Source of the DNA: Promethearchaeota archaeon | GTDB lineage: Archaea > Asgardarchaeota > Lokiarchaeia > Sigyniarchaeales > SOKP01 | Length of the DNA: 64,000 bases | Direction of reading: 5' to 3' | Assembly: GCA_048938025.1 (NCBI GenBank) | Contig: JBHLMP010000007.1 | Span: forward strand, 19,881-83,880 | In this document: piece by piece, positions 29,296-39,235 of the stretch | Layout of the letters: each line of letters starts with the position of its first letter | How positions within the stretch are numbered: the first letter of the stretch is position 1 | Translations under genes and position numbers: made by a program | The notes under the pieces: model-generated | Databases searched by the model: none | Seen by the model: the letters and a program-made list of their open reading frames with translations, nothing else | What the model was told of the DNA's origin: nothing

Positions 29296-30606
29296 TTAGT
29301 TAAATTTAACCCCTAACTTTTTCAAATCATCAATAAAATGAGGATATGAATCTCTAACTATCTCAATATTTTTAACTTTTGATATTGAATTAGTATATAA
29401 AGCAGCAATAACGCATGCCATTGCTATTCTATGATCATTTTCATGATCGATAAGTGATCCCTTTAAATTTTTACAATGATACACAATTAATTTATCTACT
29501 TCCTCTATAACCTTTACTCCCATTTTACTTAATTCTCTGGCAATTACAGACATCCTATTACTCTCCTTCAAACGTACATTTGAAGCATTATAAAGTACTG
29601 TTTTTCCTTTAGCAAAAGCACCAAGAACAGATAAAACTGGAAATAAATCAGGTATTTCTTGACAATCTACTTCTATCCCTTTTAACGGATATTTATTAAG
29701 ACTCCCATTAATGATGATTTGATTATTTTCTTCATTATATTCAATATTTGCACCCATTTGTTTTAAAATTTCAATAATCCTTTTATCTCCTTGAGAATTG
29801 TGAACATTTAAGTTATTGATTATTACATGTGAAGAATTGCGAGATATTATAGCTGCGACCATAATAAATGCTGCAGAAGAAAAATCTCCTGGAATTTCAT
29901 ATAATTGAGGTCTATATTTTTGCCTACATAATACAGTGAATTTTCTATTCTTGATATCTTCTTGTATATTAATCCCAAATGCATTTAAAACATCAAGAGT
30001 AATCCTAACATAAGGATAAGGAATTATAGGAGTAGTTAGTTCTATATCAATATAATTTCTTTTTTCACAATTTAATAAAGGACATACAATTAATAAAGCT
30101 GTAATGAACTGTGAACTTATATCTCCACGAATTTTTATTGATTGACATGTTTGTTTTTCTCGTTTTATCTGAATTTGATTTTCTAATATTTTAAAATTTC
30201 CTCCTAAAGATTTTAAAGCATTTAGAAGTGGAAGAATTGGGCGCTTACGCTCCAAAAATTCTCCTGTTAGTGAAAGACCTCCCTCTATTATTAATCCCAA
30301 AGAGCTGAAGATTCTTATTGTAGTTCCTGAATTTTTACAGTCAATAGATCCCTCAATAGGTTTGAAAGATTCGTTGATCTTTTTAACAGTAAAGGAGTTA
30401 GCATTTACTTTTATTATTTTTACACCTAAAGATTTTAAAGCATTCATAGTAATTTCGACATCTCCAGTTGTCAAGGGTTTTTTGATTATTGAGATTCCGT
30501 CAGCAAGACCAGCTGCTATAAATGCTCTATGAGAGTAACTTTTTGAACCGGGTGCTATAATTTCACCCTGTAAACCGGTTATTATTGGATTTATTGTTAT
30601 ATCCAT
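29296..30606 (-). CDS. aroA: 3-phosphoshikimate 1-carboxyvinyltransferase (EPSP synthase)
   Basis: PGSKSYSHR, NSGTT.R, SSQFITALL, GDFSSA, KESNR, DHRIAMA. Confidence 0.96.
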   Translation of the reverse strand: MDITINPIITGLQGEIIAPGSKSYSHRAFIAAGLADGISIIKKPLTTGDVEITMNALKSLGVKIIKVNANSFTVKKINESFKPIEGSIDCKNSGTTIRIFSSLGLIIEGGLSLTGEFLERKRPILPLLNALKSLGGNFKILENQIQIKREKQTCQSIKIRGDISSQFITALLIVCPLLNCEKRNYIDIELTTPIIPYPYVRITLDVLNAFGINIQEDIKNRKFTVLCRQKYRPQLYEIPGDFSSAAFIMVAAIISRNSSHVIINNLNVHNSQGDKRIIEILKQMGANIEYNEENNQIIINGSLNKYPLKGIEVDCQEIPDLFPVLSVLGAFAKGKTVLYNASNVRLKESNRMSVIARELSKMGVKVIEEVDKLIVYHCKNLKGSLIDHENDHRIAMACVIAALYTNSISKVKNIEIVRDSYPHFIDDLKKLGVKFN

Positions 30607-30693
30607 TAAATGATAAATAGAAAGTTATAGATATAATATTAATTAATAATATTGTAGAATATTGAATAATTATTTTGAAAAGATGTAATTAAA

Positions 30694-31803
30694 GTGGGAG
30701 AGAATACTTTTGGTGAACGTTTTAAAATAACATCATTTGGAGAGAGTCATGGAGATTTAGTGGGGATTATTGTAGATGGAGTACCAGCAGGCTTAGATAT
30801 TGATACAAATTTTATACAACATGAATTAGATATGAGAAAACCAGGACAGTCTACCCTAACAACATCGCGTATGGAACCCGATAAAGTGATATTATTATCC
30901 GGTATTTTTGATAACAAAACAACTGGAGCCCCAATTTGTTTGATTATTGAAAATAAAGATAAAAACTCCTCTAAATATATAAATAATAAAAATATTTTAA
31001 GACCATCTCATGTAGATTTTACTATTTTAAAAAAATATGGTGGCTATGCAGATTATAGAGGTTCTGGAAGATTTTCTGGCAGAATTACGGCAGGATTCGT
31101 AATGGCGGGTGCGATAGCTAAACAAATTTTAAGAAAGTACAATATTACTGTTTTTGCATATACTAAAAGTATAGGAAATGTTGTAGATGGAGAGAATTAC
31201 GATATCGATAATTTTGAAAAATTCATTATTTTGAGAGAAAAAACACTTGTGAGAGCAATTAGTACCGAAAAAGCAAAAGTAATGGAGGAATTAATAAAAA
31301 AAGTTAAAACTCAAAAAAATTCTATAGGGGGAAGTATTAAATGTATTGTAAATAATTTTCCAGCAGGGATAGGTGCTCCCATATTTAATAGTATTGAATC
31401 TAAGATAAGCCATGCAATCTTTTCAATTCCATCAATAAAAGGTATAGAATTTGGAGCAGGGTTTAGAGCCGCGAAAATGAAAGGATCTGAGCATAATGAC
31501 CCTTGGATAATAAAGGAAGGTAAAATACAAACGGAAAAAAATGATTCTGGTGGAATAATTGGTGGAATCTCCTCTGGAATGCCAATTGAATTTACAGTTG
31601 CTGTTAAACCTACAGCTACAATAGGTATTCCTCAAAAAACAGTAAATATAGAAACAATGAAGAGTGTAGAGATTGAATTTCATGAAAGACATGATCCTTG
31701 TATCGTGCCTAGAGTAATATCGGTAGTTGAAGCTATGACTGCTATTGTTCTTATTGATTTTTTGTTAATTGAAGGAATAATTCCTACTGTATTTAAACCT
31801 TAA
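30694..31803 (+). CDS. aroC: Chorismate synthase
   Basis: FGESHG, RPSH.D, GRFSGR.T, GGI.GGIS, RHDPC. Confidence 0.96.
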   Translation: MGENTFGERFKITSFGESHGDLVGIIVDGVPAGLDIDTNFIQHELDMRKPGQSTLTTSRMEPDKVILLSGIFDNKTTGAPICLIIENKDKNSSKYINNKNILRPSHVDFTILKKYGGYADYRGSGRFSGRITAGFVMAGAIAKQILRKYNITVFAYTKSIGNVVDGENYDIDNFEKFIILREKTLVRAISTEKAKVMEELIKKVKTQKNSIGGSIKCIVNNFPAGIGAPIFNSIESKISHAIFSIPSIKGIEFGAGFRAAKMKGSEHNDPWIIKEGKIQTEKNDSGGIIGGISSGMPIEFTVAVKPTATIGIPQKTVNIETMKSVEIEFHERHDPCIVPRVISVVEAMTAIVLIDFLLIEGIIPTVFKP

Positions 31804-31904
31804 GGTATAATTAACGCCCTATTTAAAAAAGAGTAATTAATTATTTCATATATTCATTTAAATACAAATAAGAAGTACTATTAATTAACAATGAAAAATA
31901 CATT

Positions 31905-32153
31905 TTGAAAACTAAGTTAATGTCATCCAAAGAAGATTTTATTAAAAAGATTATTAAAATCATTGATAGATGGTCATTCGAACAATGTGCCTTTTGCGAT
32001 GGTGGAGCAATGAGTTCACTAGATGGTATGCTTGACTTTAGATGTAATAAATGTGGGAAATCAATGGACCCTATTATTTATTTAGGAGAGATTGCTAAAG
32101 CTGTCTTTAATTATAGAAAACAACAAGAAAATAACAAAGAAGGAATAATATAA
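31905..32153 (+). CDS. Small zinc-ribbon protein
   Basis: CAFC...CNKCG. Confidence 0.7.
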   Translation: MKTKLMSSKEDFIKKIIKIIDRWSFEQCAFCDGGAMSSLDGMLDFRCNKCGKSMDPIIYLGEIAKAVFNYRKQQENNKEGII

Positions 32154-32201
32154 TAGTAAGGTCTTTTTTTAATTCAATATTGAATGACAAATATATTTTG
32201 A

Positions 32202-32339
32202 CTTTTTAATATTTATCAACTCAATTATAATGATTCTTCTCTTGAGAGTCATTTAATGGCTTTTGCTGCCCATAAATCTCGCTTGAATAATTGTATAATT
32301 GATATGAAAGAATTTCGAGAGCAAGTTGATATGTTATAA
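32202..32339 (+). pseudogene. 3' relic resembling the C-terminus of a Gfo/Idh/MocA oxidoreductase
   Basis: Open frame ...NDSSLESHLMAFAAHKSRLNNCIIDMKEFREQVDML* with an upstream in-frame TGA and no N-terminal domains. Confidence 0.55.
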
Positions 32340-32361
32340 ACTTTTTAAAAAGTTCTAAGTA

Positions 32362-33459
32362 CTAATATTCATTATCCAAATCAACAATATTGATGAAATC
32401 ATCTCTTCCTTTAGCCAGACGAGTTATATTTTCAATAACTTCATCCCATCTCATTAAATCGTTAAATGGGGAATATCCTCTATGTGGAGATAAAATAATA
32501 TTATCGAGAGTATGGAAGGGAAAGGAAAAAGGGTATTTTTTGCCCTTTTCGTCACTTTTGGGATGATAATTATACCAAACATCAATTGCCGCACCAGTGA
32601 TAATTTTATCTCTTAAAGCGATAAATAAACTCTCTTCATCAATAATTTCGCCTCGACTAACATTAATCACCAATCCATTAGAACCTAAGAGTGTTAATTC
32701 TTGCCTTGCAATCATACCCTTTGTTAAATAAGTAAGAGGGAGGGCTACAATTAAAACATCAATTTCTTTAAGAAAATCATGAAATTGTGAATATTCATAT
32801 TTTTTGCTCGGAGTTGGTAGTTGATTTTTTTGTTTTGCCCAATCATAACGAAGAATGGAAAATTCCACGTCAAAACCCTGCAAAAATCGATGTACTTTTT
32901 GGTTAATATGACCATAACCTAGGAGACCTATTTTTCGATACCTTAATGGCATCGAAGCAGCTTCTTTATCCCCAGTTCTCCAATTTCCTGAACTCATCCA
33001 AAGATGATGCTCTAATACCTTATTCATCATTGTTAAAAGAAGAGCAACGGCATGTTGAGCAACAAAGTAGGAATTTCCATGCCCATTAACTAGTAATACT
33101 TTTCTAGATCTATTAATCTCTCTAAATAATTGGATTAAGTGAGATACTCCCGCCCCTGGGTTAATATATAATTTCAACTTTGAAGACTTTTTTAATAACA
33201 ACCTTGAAGGACGCCAACCAACAATAATGTCTGCTTCGGGTACTATTCCGATTAAAGATTTTTCTGATACATCAATTGGAAATATTAAATTAACTTGAGG
33301 TAAATTTTTTAATTGCTTTTCCAAGTAATTTTTCAAACGTTCAGATACATCGAATGTAAAACAGACTACAATTTTTTGATCGGTTAAATCATTAATATGT
33401 TTAAATTCGGGCAAAAAAAGTTCATCCAACTCTTTTAGATTAAATTTATTTAAGCTCAA
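32362..33459 (-). CDS. D-2-hydroxyacid dehydrogenase family protein
   Basis: GAGV, VAQHA, GLLGYGHI, LPLT..T.G, INVSRG, DVW, SPH. Confidence 0.9.
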   Translation of the reverse strand: MSLNKFNLKELDELFLPEFKHINDLTDQKIVVCFTFDVSERLKNYLEKQLKNLPQVNLIFPIDVSEKSLIGIVPEADIIVGWRPSRLLLKKSSKLKLYINPGAGVSHLIQLFREINRSRKVLLVNGHGNSYFVAQHAVALLLTMMNKVLEHHLWMSSGNWRTGDKEAASMPLRYRKIGLLGYGHINQKVHRFLQGFDVEFSILRYDWAKQKNQLPTPSKKYEYSQFHDFLKEIDVLIVALPLTYLTKGMIARQELTLLGSNGLVINVSRGEIIDEESLFIALRDKIITGAAIDVWYNYHPKSDEKGKKYPFSFPFHTLDNIILSPHRGYSPFNDLMRWDEVIENITRLAKGRDDFINIVDLDNEY

Positions 33460-33623
33460 ATGAGTTATATAATTTTAAAATCAATAAAAGTGTCTATACT
33501 TTTTGAAAATTATAAAGTGGTTTTGAAAATCTTCTCTATTTAACATTTTTTAGATAATTTTAATATAGTAAAGAACATAAATTATTATATATTTGAAATT
33601 AAAAATTTTCCCATTAAGAAATT

Positions 33624-33851
33624 ATGGATAAAAAAATTGACACATCTGAACAATTCATAGAATTCTATAAAAAGAAGGGAGATTATCTTGTATCACTCTC
33701 TGAAAATCATTTTAAGAACATAGAATATCGGAAATGTCTTGAATTATTGAATCAAGCATATAGTATGTATATGAAAGGAAATTATACTGAACTTGCGGAA
33801 AAAACTAAACAAAGATTTATGGAGATTAAAGAGAAATTTTTTAAAAAATGA
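33624..33851 (+). CDS. Small helical (TPR/MIT-like) protein
   Basis: 75 aa with amphipathic pattern Y..C.ELL..AY..Y......AE. Confidence 0.65.
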   Translation: MDKKIDTSEQFIEFYKKKGDYLVSLSENHFKNIEYRKCLELLNQAYSMYMKGNYTELAEKTKQRFMEIKEKFFKK

Positions 33852-33856
33852 TATTT

Positions 33857-34345
33857 TCAATCTAATTTATTCTTTAATTTTGATATAATATCTATAATAT
33901 GAGTTCCATACCAATAAATTTTCTTGCATTGTAAATTTATACACTGAAAAAATTCATCATAATGATTAAATGTATTTTTTAATACTAATTCCCTAATTAA
34001 TTCTTTTTCTTCAATTTTTTTTAATCGTGAATTACATATAGAACATCTTGCTTTTTCAATATTAAACTTAAAATCCAAACTTAGCTTCTCTTTAAGTTGT
34101 ATTAGATAATTGTATACTCCTTCTCCTTCTAAATATATACTTTTTTCAAAGAAACTCTTATATAATGGGTAATCTTTTGTAAGGATTATCCTATCATTTT
34201 TCTTAGCATATTCTATTAATTTTTCATCGGGTACAGGATTAACATGAAAAAATTCTTCTAAATCATTCGCATAGATAGTATCATAACCAAAAATTCTAAG
34301 AAATCGAGATAATTTGCCTAACATTCCATCGGTTAAAAATTTCAT
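33857..34345 (-). CDS. Mut7-C family PIN-like RNase domain protein
   Basis: KFLTDGMLGKL.RFLR..GYD, RIILTKD, RCSICN, C...CKKIYW.G.H. Confidence 0.92.
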   Translation of the reverse strand: MKFLTDGMLGKLSRFLRIFGYDTIYANDLEEFFHVNPVPDEKLIEYAKKNDRIILTKDYPLYKSFFEKSIYLEGEGVYNYLIQLKEKLSLDFKFNIEKARCSICNSRLKKIEEKELIRELVLKNTFNHYDEFFQCINLQCKKIYWYGTHIIDIISKLKNKLD

Positions 34346-34461
34346 ATTAGTAAAATATGATAATAAATATCAATTAAATCATTCTATAAATTATATAATT
34401 AATTCATCATTATATAAAACATCAAATTTTTATTTTTCTAAAACTTATAATTTGAGTACAA

Positions 34462-34992
34462 ATGGAAACTAAAGACCTAATGGAAAAAGCCGTACGGTTT
34501 CATGGGCACATCTGTCCTGGCTTAGCAATGGGTGTTTTAGCGGCTAAGTATGTTTTAGCACATGGTTTTAAATATTCGCATGATGAAGAATTAGTTGTTG
34601 TAGTTGAAAATGATAATTGTAGTGTTGACGCACTCCAAGTAATTTTAGGAACTACTTATGGTAAGGGTAATCTTATTCATAATGATTATGGAAAAAATAA
34701 TTATAACTTCTACGATCGAAATAACAAAAAAGCTGTAAAACTAGCACTAAAAGCGAGTATTTTTAAAAATAAAAAGTCAACTAGAGACGAGAAAATTCAA
34801 ATTTTGATGAATTCAAAACCGGAGGATATTTTTAATATATATGACATTGAATTTGATCCTCCTGGAATGGCAGAATCGGAAGATTCATCGCCCTGCGAGA
34901 TCTGTGGAGAACTAACAATGTCATCACGCCTTATGTTTTATAACGATATGGATATATGTGTTCCATGTTATAAGAAACTTCGTTCAGAATAA
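34462..34992 (+). CDS. fmdE: FmdE family protein with C-terminal zinc finger
   Basis: FHGHICPG, END.C.VDA.Q, GKGNL, CEICGE...CVPC. Confidence 0.9.
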   Translation: METKDLMEKAVRFHGHICPGLAMGVLAAKYVLAHGFKYSHDEELVVVVENDNCSVDALQVILGTTYGKGNLIHNDYGKNNYNFYDRNNKKAVKLALKASIFKNKKSTRDEKIQILMNSKPEDIFNIYDIEFDPPGMAESEDSSPCEICGELTMSSRLMFYNDMDICVPCYKKLRSE

Positions 34993-35060
34993 TAATCTTA
35001 AATGATATCTTTCCTCAATATGTATTAAATTTGGAATAATCTCTCTTGTTGTGAAGTAAT

Positions 35061-35825
35061 TTGGAAAAAATTAATTCAAAAATCTTACCTGGTGCTGGAC
35101 CTTTTTATTTTGATGGAAATAAAATAGGGATTTTAATGATACATGGTGGGGGTGGAGGAACATGTGCAGATTTGAAACCATTAGCAGAAGACTTGAATAA
35201 ATCAAGGGGGTACACGATTTATATTCCCTTATTACCCGGATTTGGAACCTCACCAGAAGAATTAAGAAAGACATCAATACGCGCATGGAAGACCGCATTA
35301 GAAAAAGAAATAAATAAAATTAAAGAGAAATGCGGAAATATAATCGTTGGAGGTCATAGTATGGGCGGGATCCTCACATTAATTATGGCGACTTACCACG
35401 ATTTTGATGGAATCTTCACAATTTGTGCCCCAACGGGTATTCAGAGATTTGGATTTAAACTTGTACCCCTTGCCAAGTTATTCATGAAATATCATTCCAT
35501 TACATCGGATAAATTTCGAGAGGAAACAAATAATCATTGGGTGGGTTATGATAAAATTCCAATTAATATTGCGATAAAGATAAAAAAATTGATGAAGGAG
35601 ATGAATGAGAATCTATTTAGAATAAATTGTCCTACTATATTATTTCAAGGTAGGTTAGATTCTGAGATAAAAAAAGATAGTATGGATTATATTTATGACA
35701 ACATTAAATCCAAGAATAAAAAAAAAATTTGGCTTGAACATAACGCACATTCAATATTAGATAGTCTAGATCATCACATAATTGTATCGGAGCTTCTAAA
35801 ATTCATTAATGAGATTTACCCTTAA
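35061..35825 (+). CDS. Alpha/beta hydrolase (carboxylesterase)
   Basis: LPGFG, GHSMGG, QG..D and a C-terminal His. Confidence 0.88.
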   Translation: MEKINSKILPGAGPFYFDGNKIGILMIHGGGGGTCADLKPLAEDLNKSRGYTIYIPLLPGFGTSPEELRKTSIRAWKTALEKEINKIKEKCGNIIVGGHSMGGILTLIMATYHDFDGIFTICAPTGIQRFGFKLVPLAKLFMKYHSITSDKFREETNNHWVGYDKIPINIAIKIKKLMKEMNENLFRINCPTILFQGRLDSEIKKDSMDYIYDNIKSKNKKKIWLEHNAHSILDSLDHHIIVSELLKFINEIYP

Positions 35826-35890
35826 AATATAAATTATTGTTTTAATTATTAGAATATTATATTTAAGATACTTTCATTTTTAAAAACAAC

Positions 35891-36337
35891 ATGAACATAA
35901 TAATTAGAGAATTTACTGAACAAGATATTGATGAAATTACAGTTTTGATGAAATATCTTTGTTCTTTAAGGAATCAAGAATTTGACGAAGAAGCATGGAG
36001 AAGCGACTTAGAATTAAAAATGAAAGAAGATTTAAATTCAGAAGTAATTGTTGCATTTGAAAAAATTACAAATCAAGTTATTGGAATGGGACTTTGTTCT
36101 ATTAAAACCTCAAACAATGGCAGATTCGGATATATTTCTAATTTAATTGTAAAAGAAGAGAAAAGAAGAACAGGTATTGGAGAAAAATTAATTAGACATA
36201 TGATTGATTATTTTCGAAGGAATCATATTCAATCAATTAGATTAGCATTAAAACCAAATTTAGATGAAGCTGCCAATTTGTTATTTACAAAATTGGGTTT
36301 TCAAGAAATCTTACGCTTTTATGAATTAATTATATAA
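35891..36337 (+). CDS. GNAT family N-acetyltransferase
   Basis: IIIRE, LIV...RRTGIG..L, LF.KLGF. Confidence 0.9.
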   Translation: MNIIIREFTEQDIDEITVLMKYLCSLRNQEFDEEAWRSDLELKMKEDLNSEVIVAFEKITNQVIGMGLCSIKTSNNGRFGYISNLIVKEEKRRTGIGEKLIRHMIDYFRRNHIQSIRLALKPNLDEAANLLFTKLGFQEILRFYELII

Positions 36338-36434
36338 TGCATATTAAAGAGAATGATGCTAAATCCTAATTCAATAAAGACTATAATGATAAAACAATAT
36401 TTTTAAATAATTTAAAACATAAGATTATTAACTT

Positions 36435-37670
36435 ATGATAAAGAAGATAAATAAAGGGCACACATTATTAGTAAAAGGACCTACAAGAGTTACTTTATTA
36501 GAAGGTAAAATAGACGTTTTTGGAAAGCTTTTTATACCAATAAAAGAAGTTTCTGGTAAAAATATATCATTTAGTGAAAGTCAAGATGTTTTAATAGTAC
36601 CCAGTGCCCATAATTATCCTCTTTATGCATTAGAGAATTCAAAATTAGAAATATTTACTAATTTAGAAGAAAATCTTGAATTAATAGAAGAAAATTCAAT
36701 AAGTTATAAATGGAAAGAAGTTAAAGATTCAATTTTAGATGATTTGAAAAAAAACAATAGAGAATCACCTTTAAAAATAATGGTGTTAGGGATTAGCAGT
36801 GGTAAAACTACACTCATTAAATATCTAGCAAACAATTTTTTTAAGGAAGGATTGAAAGGAGGATATCTTGATTCTGATCTAGGACAACAAATTATATATC
36901 TTCCAACTACTATTAACATTGGCAAATTAAATGATTATATTATATCAAGTGATAATATCGATTCTGAGAACACTTTATTTATTGGAAGTACTTTCCCTAA
37001 GGGAAATTACAAATTTATCGTTTCCGTATTATGCAGAGAATTAATTAACAATTATTTAGTAAATAATAAAAACACAGATTTTTTATTAATTGATACAGAT
37101 GGATGGATAAAAACAGAAGCAGGGATTATTTATAAGAATTTTTTTATTAAGACTGTTGATCCTGATGTATTAATCGTATTTCATGATGAAACTATCGAAG
37201 AACTAAAGAAGATTGAAAAAATAACATCAAGTCAAAGAAAAGATAGGAAATTATATCTTATCAAGGAAAAAAACAAATATTTTTATGAAAAAAGTAAAGA
37301 TGAAAGAAGATTTTTAAGGCAAAGTCAATTTTCTAAGATATTTGAGAATTTTAGAAAAATGTCAATCCCCTTAAATAATATGAAATTTATAAAAACCGAT
37401 TATGATAAAGATAACGAGAGAATTATTGAGATAGAAATTAAAGTTAATGATTTAATTAATCTCCCATACCATTATGTTATTATAGCATTATGTACTGAAA
37501 ACTCTGAGTTGATAGAAATAGGACTTCTTTTTACTATCAATGTTGAGAAAAATTATATATTATTATTTTCCAACTTAACCTATAAGCAACAACTTGATAT
37601 AAAGAAAATTCTTTTAGGAAGTCTTAGACTTAGTACTAAAGGCAATCATCAAGGATATCTTTATCTATAA
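36435..37670 (+). CDS. Clp1/Grc3/Nol9-like polynucleotide 5'-hydroxyl kinase
   Basis: N-terminal TLLVKGP..V.LLEG..VFG, GISSGKTT, DSDLGQ, IDTDGW, ERR..R lid. Confidence 0.82.
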   Translation: MIKKINKGHTLLVKGPTRVTLLEGKIDVFGKLFIPIKEVSGKNISFSESQDVLIVPSAHNYPLYALENSKLEIFTNLEENLELIEENSISYKWKEVKDSILDDLKKNNRESPLKIMVLGISSGKTTLIKYLANNFFKEGLKGGYLDSDLGQQIIYLPTTINIGKLNDYIISSDNIDSENTLFIGSTFPKGNYKFIVSVLCRELINNYLVNNKNTDFLLIDTDGWIKTEAGIIYKNFFIKTVDPDVLIVFHDETIEELKKIEKITSSQRKDRKLYLIKEKNKYFYEKSKDERRFLRQSQFSKIFENFRKMSIPLNNMKFIKTDYDKDNERIIEIEIKVNDLINLPYHYVIIALCTENSELIEIGLLFTINVEKNYILLFSNLTYKQQLDIKKILLGSLRLSTKGNHQGYLYL

Positions 37671-37789
37671 TGAGATGTTTATCGACAATACCTTGAATAA
37701 TTTCTTTTACCTATATAAATATATAAAATAAAAAAGAATTGTTGTATAATGATAATATTATTTAACTTAATTACTAATGAACGATCTTT

Positions 37790-39229
37790 ATGGAGACGGA
37801 TCTACTAACTAAATTTTTAAAATTAATGTCAAAAAGCATTACAAATTCGGATTTAGAATTAATAAACTTAGGGAGATCACTTGGATTAGACTTGGTTTCA
37901 TTTGCAGAATTAAGAGCTTCACAGAAGGATAGATTTGTAGATATAGTAAGAAAAAAAGCTTTATATAAAATGGAAAAAGATAAAGATAATTATTTATCTG
38001 AGAAAGACTCCTTCTATGCAGGAAGCATTGATTTTATGGTTTCGGATGAACCTGAAGGAAAAAAATTTTTTTTACTAGAAACCAATGGAGGATCTCATAG
38101 GGGACTCTCAATTATCACAAAAAAGCAACAAACTATTTTGTATGATGGATATTATGAAGCTATTATTCAAGCAAGAAAATTAAATAAGAGAAATGATAAT
38201 AAAACCTTAATTTTAATTGGAGTGCCATATAATGATGCTTTAATTCATGAAAAAGTTATAATGGTGGAATATTTCAGAAGAAAAGTAAAAGAGCAAGGAT
38301 ATTCAGTTAAAATTTTTAATACAGCTAACTATAATAAAGATTTTAAAGCAGATTTTGTGTTCTTAATAGCTGATTATAAACAACTTTCTACTTATTTAAC
38401 ATTTTCTGATAATTGGGTTAAATACCAAGATGAAAATGCAAGTGTTTTAATAGGGGATGGAATTGCTCGCCGCCTTAATAATGAAGAGTTTATTAGATTA
38501 ATTAAGGAAGATTTTCATAAAATAAATACTATAATTGTAAATCCAATTTTTAAAGTTACTGACGATAAATCTCTAACATATTTAGCAAGTTATTTTAGTA
38601 AAGATATCCTCGAAAAGTATAATTTAAGATACCTCTTATTTACTAAAGCATATAATGAAGAAGATTTAATAAATAAGTTGGTATTTGCCATAAGAAGATA
38701 TAAAAAATCTTTTATCATTAAACCTAGTGGTGGTTCGGGAGGAGCTGGAGTTATGCCAATATCGAAAGATGAAGATCCGGTGAATATAAAAAATATCATT
38801 AAAGAGAGTGAAAAAGAGTTTTTTGCTAAATTCATGAAAAGTAGAAATCCTTATCCTTATACTATTCAAGAAATGGCAGATTTTAGTTTAATTCAATGGA
38901 AAAATGGTAAACATACATTTGATATGAGGATTTATTTAGCTCAGAAAATGGGAAAAATAATTCCTATTGGCGGTTTGGCTAGAATTGCTCGAGGAATATA
39001 TAGTGGAAGTTTAAATAAGCAAGAATTCGTTGTAAATCTATCTGGGTATAATGGACAAATAGAAGTTGAACGTGGACGAGCTATCTCAAAACAAGATGGT
39101 AAACTTTTAAACTTAACTGTTGATGATTTTGTTAATATGTTTTGTATAGGATGTGTTCTTTTCAAAAGTATTGTTGAACATTATAAAAAAATTATTAATT
39201 TTTCAGATTGGGATAAATTACTTGACTGA
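37790..39229 (+). CDS. Circularly permuted ATP-grasp amide/peptide ligase
   Basis: IDF...LLETN near the N-terminus; later DDK, IIKPSGGSGGAGV, TIQE, FDMRIY, GGLAR, VVNLS. Confidence 0.8.
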   Translation: METDLLTKFLKLMSKSITNSDLELINLGRSLGLDLVSFAELRASQKDRFVDIVRKKALYKMEKDKDNYLSEKDSFYAGSIDFMVSDEPEGKKFFLLETNGGSHRGLSIITKKQQTILYDGYYEAIIQARKLNKRNDNKTLILIGVPYNDALIHEKVIMVEYFRRKVKEQGYSVKIFNTANYNKDFKADFVFLIADYKQLSTYLTFSDNWVKYQDENASVLIGDGIARRLNNEEFIRLIKEDFHKINTIIVNPIFKVTDDKSLTYLASYFSKDILEKYNLRYLLFTKAYNEEDLINKLVFAIRRYKKSFIIKPSGGSGGAGVMPISKDEDPVNIKNIIKESEKEFFAKFMKSRNPYPYTIQEMADFSLIQWKNGKHTFDMRIYLAQKMGKIIPIGGLARIARGIYSGSLNKQEFVVNLSGYNGQIEVERGRAISKQDGKLLNLTVDDFVNMFCIGCVLFKSIVEHYKKIINFSDWDKLLD

Positions 39230-39235
39230 AATGAA

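Noticed and set aside
32214-32331. Nested inverted repeats suggesting an ncRNA
   Set aside because: The pairings are AT-rich and the stretch translates to a recognisable protein C-terminus.
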